This document shows positions 27,273 through 36,398 of a stretch of 64,000 bases of DNA, in pieces (within the stretch, counting starts at the first letter, position 1; each line of letters opens with the position of its first letter). The position numbers and the translations under genes were made by a program. The notes below the pieces were generated by a model. The model was not told the DNA's origin and ran no database searches. It saw nothing but the letters and a program-made list of their open reading frames with translations. Origin of the DNA: Verrucomicrobiia bacterium (GTDB lineage Bacteria > Verrucomicrobiota > Verrucomicrobiia > Limisphaerales > UBA8199); NCBI GenBank assembly GCA_035946615.1, contig DASYZB010000073.1, positions 459 to 64,458 of the forward strand, written 5' to 3'.

Positions 27273-27735
27273 CATAACCGTTCGTGCCTTTGTTCTCTGT
27301 CTCTTTTCTAGCAGCAGCCGCGCATAAGTCAAACCTGGATTTTCCGCCCAAAACCTCGCCTAAAGGATTTTTTGAACCGCGGAATATGCGGAATACGCGC
27401 GACAACCAGGTCCTTTTCGCATACTCCCGCTATTTGGCGGTTTAACTTTTCTCTGCAGGTTGGCTTACAAGAAATGTCTAATCCTTGCCAAAAAATGGTA
27501 AGACGCCTTGCCTGGCTTCATTAGCCTCTGATTTAGTGATGATTACGTTCTGTGCTCCTGACCATTCGGCTGCCTCCGGGCATCACGCGACACTTTCGGG
27601 TGTGGGCTCGCCTAACAGCGAGTTCTCCTCCTCGCTCCCACCATACCTCCATGGCGACTCACACCCAACTCTTTTACAGCCCTTGATCTTTGCCGCCCGT
27701 TGGCCGATCTAATTGGTGTTCAAACGCAATTCATA

Positions 27736-28944
27736 ATGCCTTTGCAGTGCCGAACCGGGCAGCGTTGCCGCCTGTGCGCCCGCCCCCGTTTGCCGGCGCT
27801 GGCGTTGGCGCTTCTGGCGCTCGTCATTCTAGACTCCATCACCAGTGCTGCCGCCCAGGAGGTGCGCCCCGCTCGCACACCGAACGGAGGATTGCAGCCC
27901 CAGGCAGTGGTCGATTCCAAAGGAGCAGCTCACCTGGTCTATTTGAAAGGCGACCCGGCTCACTGCGATGTCTTTTACAGCCGGCGCGTGGATGGTTCGA
28001 CTGCTTTTACTGTGCCCATGCGGGTAAACGACGTGCCGGGCAGCGCGATTGCCCTGGGCACCGTCCGCGGCGCGCAGCTTGCCGTAGGATCGAATGGGCG
28101 TGTTCATGTGGTCTGGAATGGCTCTCAATCCCAAGGTAACGGCGTCAGAGGCGCCCCTATGCTTTACGCCCGGTTGGATAGTACAGGCCGCCGTTTTGAG
28201 CCGCAGCGCAACTTGATGACCTCAACGATAGATTTGGACGGCGGCGGCTCGGTTGCCGTCGGCGCCAATGGCCGCGTCTATGTTTTTTGGCATGGCCATG
28301 CCAAAAATGGCCCGGATGATGAGGTGCATCGGGGCGTTTACCTGGCCCTTTCCACTGACGATGGCAGCACCTTTGCCTCGGAACAACGCGTGGCCGTCGG
28401 AGGGGTCTGCGCCTGTTGCGGCCTAAAAGCATTCGCCACCGGAACAAACATCGTCGCAGTAGTTTATCGTTCAGCCGATGACCAGGCCAATCGCGACTCG
28501 CGGTTGCTGGTCTCTGCTGATGCCGGACAATCTTTCCGCTCCGTCCTGCTGGGCCCCTGGCACATCTCCGCTTGCCCAATGAGCACTCCCGCCCTCGGCC
28601 TCGACCCTTCCGGTGCTTTGTTTGCCATGTGGGAGACCGAGGGACAGGTTTATCGCGGCTCGTTCCTGCCTCAGACGCTCGCTCCGCCTGTGCAGGCTTT
28701 GCCCGCCGGGGGCACTGGGACGGACCGCAAACACCCGGCCTTTGCTTTCAGCCGCGGCAGAGAGCCCTTTCTGCTCACAACCTGGACCGAAGGCACTGGC
28801 TGGGCAAAGGGCGGCAGCCTGGCCTGGGAGTGTATCGACCTGACTCGCGGCGCCAAACGCACCGGCGCCGCCGCGGGGGTCCCACCCTGGACATTTCCTG
28901 CCGTGGTGCCCGAGGCAGATGGTTCCTTCACCATTCTGTACTAA
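27736..28944 (+). CDS. secreted BNR/Asp-box repeat (sialidase-like beta-propeller) protein
   Basis: Signal peptide. Asp-boxes STDDGSTF and SADAGQSF. Repeated blades: GAAHLVY, GRVHVVW, GRVYVFW. Confidence 0.6.
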   Translation: MPLQCRTGQRCRLCARPRLPALALALLALVILDSITSAAAQEVRPARTPNGGLQPQAVVDSKGAAHLVYLKGDPAHCDVFYSRRVDGSTAFTVPMRVNDVPGSAIALGTVRGAQLAVGSNGRVHVVWNGSQSQGNGVRGAPMLYARLDSTGRRFEPQRNLMTSTIDLDGGGSVAVGANGRVYVFWHGHAKNGPDDEVHRGVYLALSTDDGSTFASEQRVAVGGVCACCGLKAFATGTNIVAVVYRSADDQANRDSRLLVSADAGQSFRSVLLGPWHISACPMSTPALGLDPSGALFAMWETEGQVYRGSFLPQTLAPPVQALPAGGTGTDRKHPAFAFSRGREPFLLTTWTEGTGWAKGGSLAWECIDLTRGAKRTGAAAGVPPWTFPAVVPEADGSFTILY

Positions 28945-29082
28945 TGCAGGAGCCGACTAATGTAGGACCCGATGTGGGGAGACCCTAATCAATACGAAGA
29001 ACCCGCTCAAATTTGAGCCGCCTCACGCCACGGCTTTATTTGATAATCCACAGCGCGCCGTGTAACATCGGCTTACCTGGAT

Positions 29083-29159
29083 GCGTCCGTAGCTCAATTG
29101 GATAGAGCTTCTGACTTCGGATCAGAAGGTTGCAGGTTCAAGTCCTGCCGGACGCGCCA
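29083..29159 (+). tRNA. tRNA-Arg (anticodon TCG)
   Basis: Acceptor GCGTCCG/CGGACGC, D-arm TAGCTCAATTGGATAGAGC, anticodon stem-loop TCTGA-CTTCGGA-TCAGA, T-arm GCAGGTTCAAGTCCTGC, encoded CCA. Confidence 0.9.
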
Positions 29160-29531
29160 TTATTATCAACGGCATGCGAATGACAGCAGAATTCGACTCG
29201 GCATGTCTCTCGAATGGAAAGCTGAAAGATTCTTCATACATCCAAATCCTTCAATTGCGGGCGCAGGCGCGTCCTGACATAATTGTTGTGGTATTCATCA
29301 GTTTCCAATGAGCGGCGAGAACGCACACAGGTCTTTTCCACCATCACCTCGATGCGCTCGTAACCACGCATGAAGACCAATTGACCATTGGAAATAAGCA
29401 CGGGCACTTGGACAGCTTTTTGTCCACGACCCTGGTGGGGTTCACCCGCAAATATGAAGACAGCACAAGCAATTCAACAAGCCCGGGAAGTAAACCGTTC
29501 GCAATCGCGGCGGTTAGCGCTGACTGTGACG

Positions 29532-31652
29532 ATGCAGAATGTAATTCGCTTTTTAGCTGTTCTGGTCGCATCAGCCAATCTGACGGTTGTTGGCCATGAG
29601 GTCGTTCTGGAGGACGGCCAACTGCTGGCCGGCTTTGATGCGGATTCGGGCGCGCTGACCCGGCTCGAGAGCAAATCGAGTCATTGGCTCATCGAACGCC
29701 GGCCAGAATTGGGTGTGTCGTTCCGGCTGCTGGCCCCGTTGCCGGACCGTCGCGACAATTCTGTTTTGGGCCAAAAGCAGCGCCCCGCTGAGGTTCAAAA
29801 GGAGTCCAAAGACCAAGTCCGAATCCAATGGAAGGACCTGCTGAGTGAACACGGCGGCGTGTTGCCCATGACGCTAACGGCAACCGTCACATTAACCAAC
29901 GGGAGCCTCAGCTTCGGGGCCGAGTTGGAAAACGATTCACCGCTGACGGTGGAGGCCCTCGATTACCCTTGCCTGGGGGACCTCAATGCGCCTGGCCGCG
30001 ACTCGTCCCTGCAGGTCAGAACGATGTGGTACGGCAATCTGCAAGCCGAGAGCATCTATCCGAATTTCAGCAATGGGAAAGGCTATTGGGGCGTCAATTT
30101 CCCCACCAAAACCTTCGATTCGCACCGGAGTCTTTTTTGCTTGATTCAATCGCCTCAAGAAGGGCTTTACGTTGAAATGCAGAACCCGGCCCAGCCGTAT
30201 TTGCTGCAATACGTTTTTGAGCAGCACCCGGGGTTGCTCTCATCGGTTAACAATCGGGTGGCCGAGACAGATGAAATCTCCGGCGTCCCGGCCCATTTAG
30301 AATTCCGCGCCTGCCATTTTCTCTTTGCGCATCCTCATTCGAGGTTGCAACTGGCGCCGGTGGTGCTGCGCTGCTACCGAGGGGACTGGCACGCGGGGGT
30401 CGATCTCTACAAACAATGGCGGGCCACATGGTTCAAGCCGGCGCGCCTTCCGCCGTGGGTCACGCACGTGCATTCCTGGGGCATGCTGCGTCTCAACACG
30501 CCCGAGGAGGACTACACGATTCCTTACACCAACTTGGTGAAATATGGGGAAGAGTACGCCCGCAATGGTGTGAGGGCCGTGCAGTTGGTGGGCTGGAACA
30601 GGGGCGGGCAGGACCGGGACGACCCTTCGCAGGATACTGACCCGAGACTTGGCACACGGCAGGAATTTCAGCAAGCGATTGCGCAAATCCAAACCAAGGG
30701 CGTCCAGGTTATCCTGTTTGGCAAGTTGAATTGGGCGGACAAGACAACGGCGCGCTATACGAACGAACTGTATAAGTATGAGGTCAGGGACCCGTATGGC
30801 ATTCCATACGAACAGGGCGGGTATAGCTATGTGACTCCCACTCAATTGGCGGGCATTAATAATCGGCGCCGGGCCGTCATGGATTTTCTCTGCCCGGCCT
30901 ATAGGGCCCTGGCCGCCGAAGAATTTGAGAAACTGCTGGGCCTTGGGGCTGCAGGGTGGCTCTTCGACGAGGTCTGCCACCATGGCCCGGCTGAGTATAA
31001 TTTTGCGCCGGGGCACGGCTACACCCCGCCCGGTTTCGTCTATTTCGGGGACTTGCCCCTGGCTGCAAAGCTGCGCCGGGCCGCCGACAAGGTCAATCCC
31101 GGCTTCCTTTTTGCGGGCGAAGGACCCCAGGACTGGTTGATGCAGTACTACCCGGTGTCGGAGACCGGTGTGACGGCCATACCGATATGCCAGTACATCG
31201 ATTCGCGCCTGCCGATGCTGGCGGGGGTCAGCGGCTTTGATGATCGGGAAATGCTCAACCTGATTTTGCTGAACCGCTACGTGATCATGTATGAGCCTTA
31301 TTACTATAAAGGCCACTTGGCCGATTTTCCCCAGACCTTGGCTTACGGAAAGAAGATCGATGCGTTGCGCCGGGCGTACAAGGATTATTTGTGGGACGCT
31401 GATTTTCGGGATACCCTCGGGGCGAAGGTTACGGCCAACGGACCCGTCCGCTATTCGGTATTCGTGACGACAGCAGGCAAACGGGCGGTCGTGGTCGCCA
31501 ACCAGGAGTTCAGCAAGGCCTGCCGCGCCACAGTGGAGTTACCAAATGCCCAAAAGCTGGTGGTTGCTACGCCCGAGCATCCCCAAGCCAAGGCAACCAA
31601 AGGGGTGCTCGAGGTTCCGGCCCGTTCCGCTGCCGTCATTATGGAACCGTGA
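29532..31652 (+). CDS. secreted hypothetical protein; central region resembles a TIM-barrel glycosidase, no family assigned
   Basis: Signal peptide MQNVIRFLAVLVASANLTVVG begins at ATG 29532. VQLVGWNRGGQDRDDP..GVQVILFGK resembles glycoside-hydrolase barrels. Confidence 0.45.
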   Translation: MQNVIRFLAVLVASANLTVVGHEVVLEDGQLLAGFDADSGALTRLESKSSHWLIERRPELGVSFRLLAPLPDRRDNSVLGQKQRPAEVQKESKDQVRIQWKDLLSEHGGVLPMTLTATVTLTNGSLSFGAELENDSPLTVEALDYPCLGDLNAPGRDSSLQVRTMWYGNLQAESIYPNFSNGKGYWGVNFPTKTFDSHRSLFCLIQSPQEGLYVEMQNPAQPYLLQYVFEQHPGLLSSVNNRVAETDEISGVPAHLEFRACHFLFAHPHSRLQLAPVVLRCYRGDWHAGVDLYKQWRATWFKPARLPPWVTHVHSWGMLRLNTPEEDYTIPYTNLVKYGEEYARNGVRAVQLVGWNRGGQDRDDPSQDTDPRLGTRQEFQQAIAQIQTKGVQVILFGKLNWADKTTARYTNELYKYEVRDPYGIPYEQGGYSYVTPTQLAGINNRRRAVMDFLCPAYRALAAEEFEKLLGLGAAGWLFDEVCHHGPAEYNFAPGHGYTPPGFVYFGDLPLAAKLRRAADKVNPGFLFAGEGPQDWLMQYYPVSETGVTAIPICQYIDSRLPMLAGVSGFDDREMLNLILLNRYVIMYEPYYYKGHLADFPQTLAYGKKIDALRRAYKDYLWDADFRDTLGAKVTANGPVRYSVFVTTAGKRAVVVANQEFSKACRATVELPNAQKLVVATPEHPQAKATKGVLEVPARSAAVIMEP

Positions 31653-31917
31653 CCACGCAGAAAGAAACAGGAGGGAACGGAGATTTTTGAGGCGTTTTTG
31701 TGGGCAACGGAGGCACAAACGGCGCCTCACCATTCAGTGACCAGCCACAAGGGTGCACGACACAGGCTTCCTGTTCAAACTGAATCGTGCGGCTAAGCGC
31801 GGCCTACCACTTGTCGCCCGCGAGCGGGGCTGGTGGTCCTGCGATGCTCGCCCTCCGCAATCTCTTCGAGCATCTTGCGGTTAAAGGCGGGATATCGGCA
31901 GGCTCGCGGCTGCCTCG

Positions 31918-33852
31918 CTAAGAACTTCTGTTGCGGGGTGATACCTGGGCGCCTGCCAACGCAGCCCGATATTGCGACAGCAGCCGGTCCACGCGCGATT
32001 GGGCTGCTTTCAACTCGAAGGCGAGTTGGCGCGCGATTGGTTTATCGAGGAGCAACTCGGATGAATCAGCCTTTGCCTCAGCGTCTCGCGAAGGGGCGGG
32101 TTGTGCTTTGTGCGCCGCCAAAGACGCGGTCAACTGGTCGTGTTCGCGTTTTTCTGTGGTGATGGTCTCGCGCAAGCGGTAGATGGAGGATAAAACCTCC
32201 GCTGCCTGCAACCGTTCGAGTTTGGCATTGGCTGCGGCCAGCTCCGCCTGGAGACTGGTGGCTTGAGGCTGTGGCGAGCCAGGCCTGGCCTTCGCTGTTT
32301 TGGCCGCAGACGCCGCATCCGCGGGCGTGCCGTTTAGCCGGCTTTGGATTTCCTGCAACTGTTGCCGCGCGGCGGCAATTTGATCCGCCAACAGAGGCGG
32401 ATTGGCATCCAACATCGCGACGCGTTTGGCGTCCGCAGCGGACCAGGCCGTGACGCGACCCTGGAAATCCGTGGCAAAGATTCGGCCACCATCATCATCG
32501 AACGCAACGCGAAGGGGAAAATCGCCCGAGCAATCGAATTGGCGGACTTTGCTCCCCTTAGCGTCCCAAAGGATCACAGTATTATCACGGCCACAGCTTA
32601 CCAGGCGCCCGTCACGGGCGTAACTGACACAAAGCGTCCCGGAACGATGGGCGGCCCAGCTTTTGACCTGTTTGCCTTCCTGGAGTTCCCAAAGTTTGAT
32701 AGTGCCGTCTTCGCTTGATGAAGCCAGGAGTTTGGAATCCGGGCGCCAGCTTAAGGCGGTGACCGCCGATTTATGGCCTGCCAGAGTAAAGAGTTCCTGG
32801 CCGGCATCAGGGTCCCAGACGCTGATGCCGCCATTCCGATCCGCAGTGGCCAGCATCTGCCCGTTGGGGCTGAAAGCCACCGCCGTCACCCAGTCGGTAT
32901 GTTTTTTGATCTTATGCAGCACCTGGCCGGTGCTGGTCGAGAGAATCTTGACCAGACGGCTCGGACCGCCCAAGGCGACTTGGGACTGGTCGGGGCGGAT
33001 GTCGGCAGCCAGGACGGTGTCGTATTCCTCACCTAACGTCAGCAGATGTTCCCCGCTGGCAACATCCCAAAGGACCACGCGCCCGGATTTGGCCCCGCGC
33101 CCGCCACAGGCCAGCAGGAGCTTTCCATTATGGCTGAACTTCAGGCCCACAGGCTGGCCTTCATCAAACGGGAGAATGCCCAGTAATTGCAGGCTTCCAG
33201 TATGGAACAGAAGGATTTGCTTTTCTCCAGCCACAGCGACAAGCGGGGCCCAAGGGCTGGCCCCCAAACCAGTGATGGCATTCATGCGGGCGGTGTGGAC
33301 GACGGGCTCAATCGGCAGGTCCTGGGGCATGGGCGGGGGACCGGTCGGTTTATCGATAGTTTCGGGTTTGAGCGCCAGGTCTATGCCCGAATTGGCGATA
33401 GCCACGGCCTTGCCGCCGGCGCTTTCGAGCAGACCATCGCCGATCCATTTTCTGAAAACATCGAGGTCCTTTTCACCAAGTTTGGGCCGGTTCGGGGGCA
33501 TGAACGGCTCCTCGGCATGCGTCAAGGCCTTCCAAAGTTTGCTCCCATCCGGGTTGCCGGATAAAACAATCGTCCCTGAACCGCTGCCTTTGAGAGCGCT
33601 TTGATAGCTGGTCAGGTCGAGGTCGGCCTTTTTTTTATCCGGGTTATGGCATTTAGCGCAGTTGGCCTCGACCAAGGGGAGGATATGGTCGTTGTAATCG
33701 ATTTTGTCTTGGGCATGAGAAGCAGGAACGGAGAGGCCGCAAGCGCAAAGCCATAGCGCCGCCCAGCAACTCGATTGCGCGAAGCGCCTGGGCTGCCTTG
33801 CATGTCGGTGCGGTTGCCAAGGCGCGCGCAGAGCCGCCGTTGCATCATTCAT
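31918..33852 (-). CDS. PSCyt1 (planctomycete cytochrome c) domain protein with WD40 beta-propeller and C-terminal coiled coil
   Basis: Signal peptide, then CAKCHNPDKKKADLDLTSY (CxxCH). Multiple WD40 blades (H.D.V..VAFSP.G..LAT...D..I.VWD). ATG 33852 preferred over 33912. Confidence 0.8.
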   Translation of the reverse strand: MNDATAALRAPWQPHRHARQPRRFAQSSCWAALWLCACGLSVPASHAQDKIDYNDHILPLVEANCAKCHNPDKKKADLDLTSYQSALKGSGSGTIVLSGNPDGSKLWKALTHAEEPFMPPNRPKLGEKDLDVFRKWIGDGLLESAGGKAVAIANSGIDLALKPETIDKPTGPPPMPQDLPIEPVVHTARMNAITGLGASPWAPLVAVAGEKQILLFHTGSLQLLGILPFDEGQPVGLKFSHNGKLLLACGGRGAKSGRVVLWDVASGEHLLTLGEEYDTVLAADIRPDQSQVALGGPSRLVKILSTSTGQVLHKIKKHTDWVTAVAFSPNGQMLATADRNGGISVWDPDAGQELFTLAGHKSAVTALSWRPDSKLLASSSEDGTIKLWELQEGKQVKSWAAHRSGTLCVSYARDGRLVSCGRDNTVILWDAKGSKVRQFDCSGDFPLRVAFDDDGGRIFATDFQGRVTAWSAADAKRVAMLDANPPLLADQIAAARQQLQEIQSRLNGTPADAASAAKTAKARPGSPQPQATSLQAELAAANAKLERLQAAEVLSSIYRLRETITTEKREHDQLTASLAAHKAQPAPSRDAEAKADSSELLLDKPIARQLAFELKAAQSRVDRLLSQYRAALAGAQVSPRNRSS

Positions 33853-33869
33853 CGCTTTTCCGCCGGTCT

Positions 33870-36398
33870 TCAATGGTTGAAAACGAATTCTTTGGAATTG
33901 AGCAGGGACCAAAAGACGTCATTTAAGACCTGTTCCGGTTTGGCGCCGGACTTAAGAAACGGTTCCAGCTTTGTTAATTCTTCGTCCGTAGGTTTGCGGC
34001 TGAAACAGCGCAAGTAGAGGTCCTGGATAATCTCTTCGGGGGTGTTCCCCTTTTTGAGCAGCTTTCTCACCACCCCGCCCTGGTCGATCTTGTTCTCGAC
34101 GGTGCCTCCGTTCAACAGGTGCAAGGCCTGTGAAAGATTGGGGTCGATCTTCACCTCGCACGAACAGACGGTCGTTCGCGAGGCGCGGCCAAAGGTGGTC
34201 AGGAAATAGTTGGCGGTGTTCCCATCGGCGATTTCGACCGCCCGGGCCCCGCGCGGCAGACCGGGGAACTTATCCTGCGTCTCGGTCACCTGGCTGATGC
34301 AATCCAGCAGGACCTCAGCCCGAATACGGCGCAGGGCCGCCTTGCTGAAATTGCGGTCGTCCCCGGCGTTGGTGTCATTGGGGATCGAACTGAGTTGATA
34401 GGTGCGGGAGGTGCAGATATCGCGCACGAGTCTTTTGAAATCGTATTTATACTCGACCAGCTTTGCCGCCATGGCGCCGAGCAACTCGGGATTCGACGGT
34501 GGGTTGCTAATGCGCACGTCATCAACCGGTTCGATCACACCGCGCCCGAGGAAATGGTCCCAGATGATGTTGGCCACGTTGCGCGCGAAGTAAGGGTTCT
34601 GGGGCGAAGTCAGCCACCGCGCCAAGACAACACGGCGCGGCTCGTCTTTGATTTGGGGGGTGTCACCGCCCAGGAATTTGGGCCGCATCACGGCGCCGGT
34701 GACCGGGTGTTTGACCTCGCCGCTTCCCCGATCAAAAATAACCGTCTCTCGCGGGTCATCGCCCGGCTTGCGCCCGACCTGGGCGAAGAAGGCGGCGAAG
34801 CCGTAATAATCGTTCAGGGTCCAGCGATCAAAGGGGTGATTGTGGCATTGGGCGCATTGGATGCGCATGCCCATGAACACTTGGGCCGTATTTTCGGCCA
34901 GCTTCAGGGTGTCCGGCTCGATCTGGTAATAGTTAGCTGCGGGGTCGCGCAGGTTGCTGCCCGAAGCCGTCAGGAGGCTCTGCACAATCCGGTCCAGAGG
35001 CACGTTGGTCTGAATCTGATCGCGCAGCCATTCGAAATAAGCCAACGCCGCCTTGGGATACACCATGTTATCACGAGAGCGGATTTCCAGCAGCTCCGCC
35101 CATTTCATGACCCACAATTCCGCGAATTCCTTTCGACCGAGCAACTGGTCAACCAAGCGCGCGCGACGGGCCGGGTCTTTGTTGGCGGCGAACTTTTCAA
35201 TCTCCTCCGCTGTGGGCAGGGTGCCGGTGATATCGAGGAATGCCCGGCGCAGAAAGGTGGTGTTGTCGCAGACAGCAGAAGGGATTAGCCTCAGCTTCTT
35301 CAATTTGCCGTAAACGGCCTCGTCAATGTAATTGCGGGCGGCGATGTCGGGCCAGCGATAGGGCAGGTTGGCCGGGATGACGATGATTTGGGCGCCGACG
35401 TTGAATTCGCCAAAACGCGCCTGGATGAAGGCCTCCCCGCGCTGGCCGGCTGTGACAGTGCCATCCTCGGCGACCCGTGCGGCGCCTTCATTGTTGCTGA
35501 GAAAAACGGTCAAGGGCGTGACATCCCGCAGCACACCATCGGAATAATGGGCCTGCACGACGAAGCGCTGCACGCTATTGGAACCGGCCAGCACGGCAGA
35601 CTTGGGAAAGATTTCGATACCGATGAGTTTGGCGATATTGGGCGGGTCATTGGTGGCGCCCGCCGCAAGCCATTTGACAAGCGTTTGGCACAGATCACTG
35701 TTGGTCCCAAACCGCACGCCCCCGGTATGCTGCACGGCTCCCAGGCCTTTCTGCACGATAAGGCTCTCTTGGGGAATTCCCAGATTAACCCGCCGGCCAA
35801 TCTGTTCGCGGGTCAGGCGGTAGTAATCGCCATCGGGATCAAAACCAAAAAGTGACAGGTGAAATCCGTCTTTGCCTCGCGAGGTGCCATGGCAGGCGCC
35901 GGCGTTGCAACCGGCCTTGGTAAAGACGGGCATCACATCGAGCTTGAAACTGACAGCCGCCCGCACGAGCGCATTCGAGACGGTGACCGGCACGACAACC
36001 GTGCGGCCATCGAACACGACGCGTAAATCGGTCCGGCCATCACCGGCGGGAATCAGTGTGGTCTTTTCGATGCGGGCAATTCCCTCATTGCCGCTGCTCA
36101 AGGCGGCTTGCGAGGTCACGTCCCGGGTGATGCCATCGGCATAGTTGGCTTGCACATCCACCTGTTGGCGCGCACTGGCCGAGACAAGCTGGATGACAGG
36201 AGGATAGACTTTGATGTCGGAGGCCGGCGCACTCGGGGAGGCACTGACCGGCAAGCCGCTCCAGGCCAAAACGACTACAAAAACAAAACACCTGCGGCTA
36301 GTCCGCGCGAAGCGTCTTGGACTGCACCAGTCCTCTGGCGCTTTTGAACTGCCTAAAGTTTTCAGAATTTGAAACGGCACAGGTCTGCTTCCTTTCAC
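33870..36398 (-). CDS. DUF1549 (PSCyt2) / DUF1553 (PSD1) domain protein with N-terminal Ig-like domain
   Basis: CAQCHNHPFDRW (DUF1549 core), GCNAGACHG, and a DUF1553-like C-terminal half (CSCEV..). Proposed GTG start at 36398 forms a GTGA overlap with the upstream stop. There is no in-frame ATG before the signal peptide. Confidence 0.85.
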   Translation of the reverse strand: MKGSRPVPFQILKTLGSSKAPEDWCSPRRFARTSRRCFVFVVVLAWSGLPVSASPSAPASDIKVYPPVIQLVSASARQQVDVQANYADGITRDVTSQAALSSGNEGIARIEKTTLIPAGDGRTDLRVVFDGRTVVVPVTVSNALVRAAVSFKLDVMPVFTKAGCNAGACHGTSRGKDGFHLSLFGFDPDGDYYRLTREQIGRRVNLGIPQESLIVQKGLGAVQHTGGVRFGTNSDLCQTLVKWLAAGATNDPPNIAKLIGIEIFPKSAVLAGSNSVQRFVVQAHYSDGVLRDVTPLTVFLSNNEGAARVAEDGTVTAGQRGEAFIQARFGEFNVGAQIIVIPANLPYRWPDIAARNYIDEAVYGKLKKLRLIPSAVCDNTTFLRRAFLDITGTLPTAEEIEKFAANKDPARRARLVDQLLGRKEFAELWVMKWAELLEIRSRDNMVYPKAALAYFEWLRDQIQTNVPLDRIVQSLLTASGSNLRDPAANYYQIEPDTLKLAENTAQVFMGMRIQCAQCHNHPFDRWTLNDYYGFAAFFAQVGRKPGDDPRETVIFDRGSGEVKHPVTGAVMRPKFLGGDTPQIKDEPRRVVLARWLTSPQNPYFARNVANIIWDHFLGRGVIEPVDDVRISNPPSNPELLGAMAAKLVEYKYDFKRLVRDICTSRTYQLSSIPNDTNAGDDRNFSKAALRRIRAEVLLDCISQVTETQDKFPGLPRGARAVEIADGNTANYFLTTFGRASRTTVCSCEVKIDPNLSQALHLLNGGTVENKIDQGGVVRKLLKKGNTPEEIIQDLYLRCFSRKPTDEELTKLEPFLKSGAKPEQVLNDVFWSLLNSKEFVFNH

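Noticed and set aside
29160-29531. Possible integration scar or small gene downstream of tRNA-Arg. A minus-strand frame (29234-29473) reads ..VPVLISNGQLVFMRGYERIEVMVEKTCVRSRRSLETDEYHNNYVRTRLRPQLKDLDV.
   Set aside because: No integrase. No visible direct repeat of the tRNA 3' end. No ATG start, and no family I can recognise. Too weak to call a gene or an island boundary.
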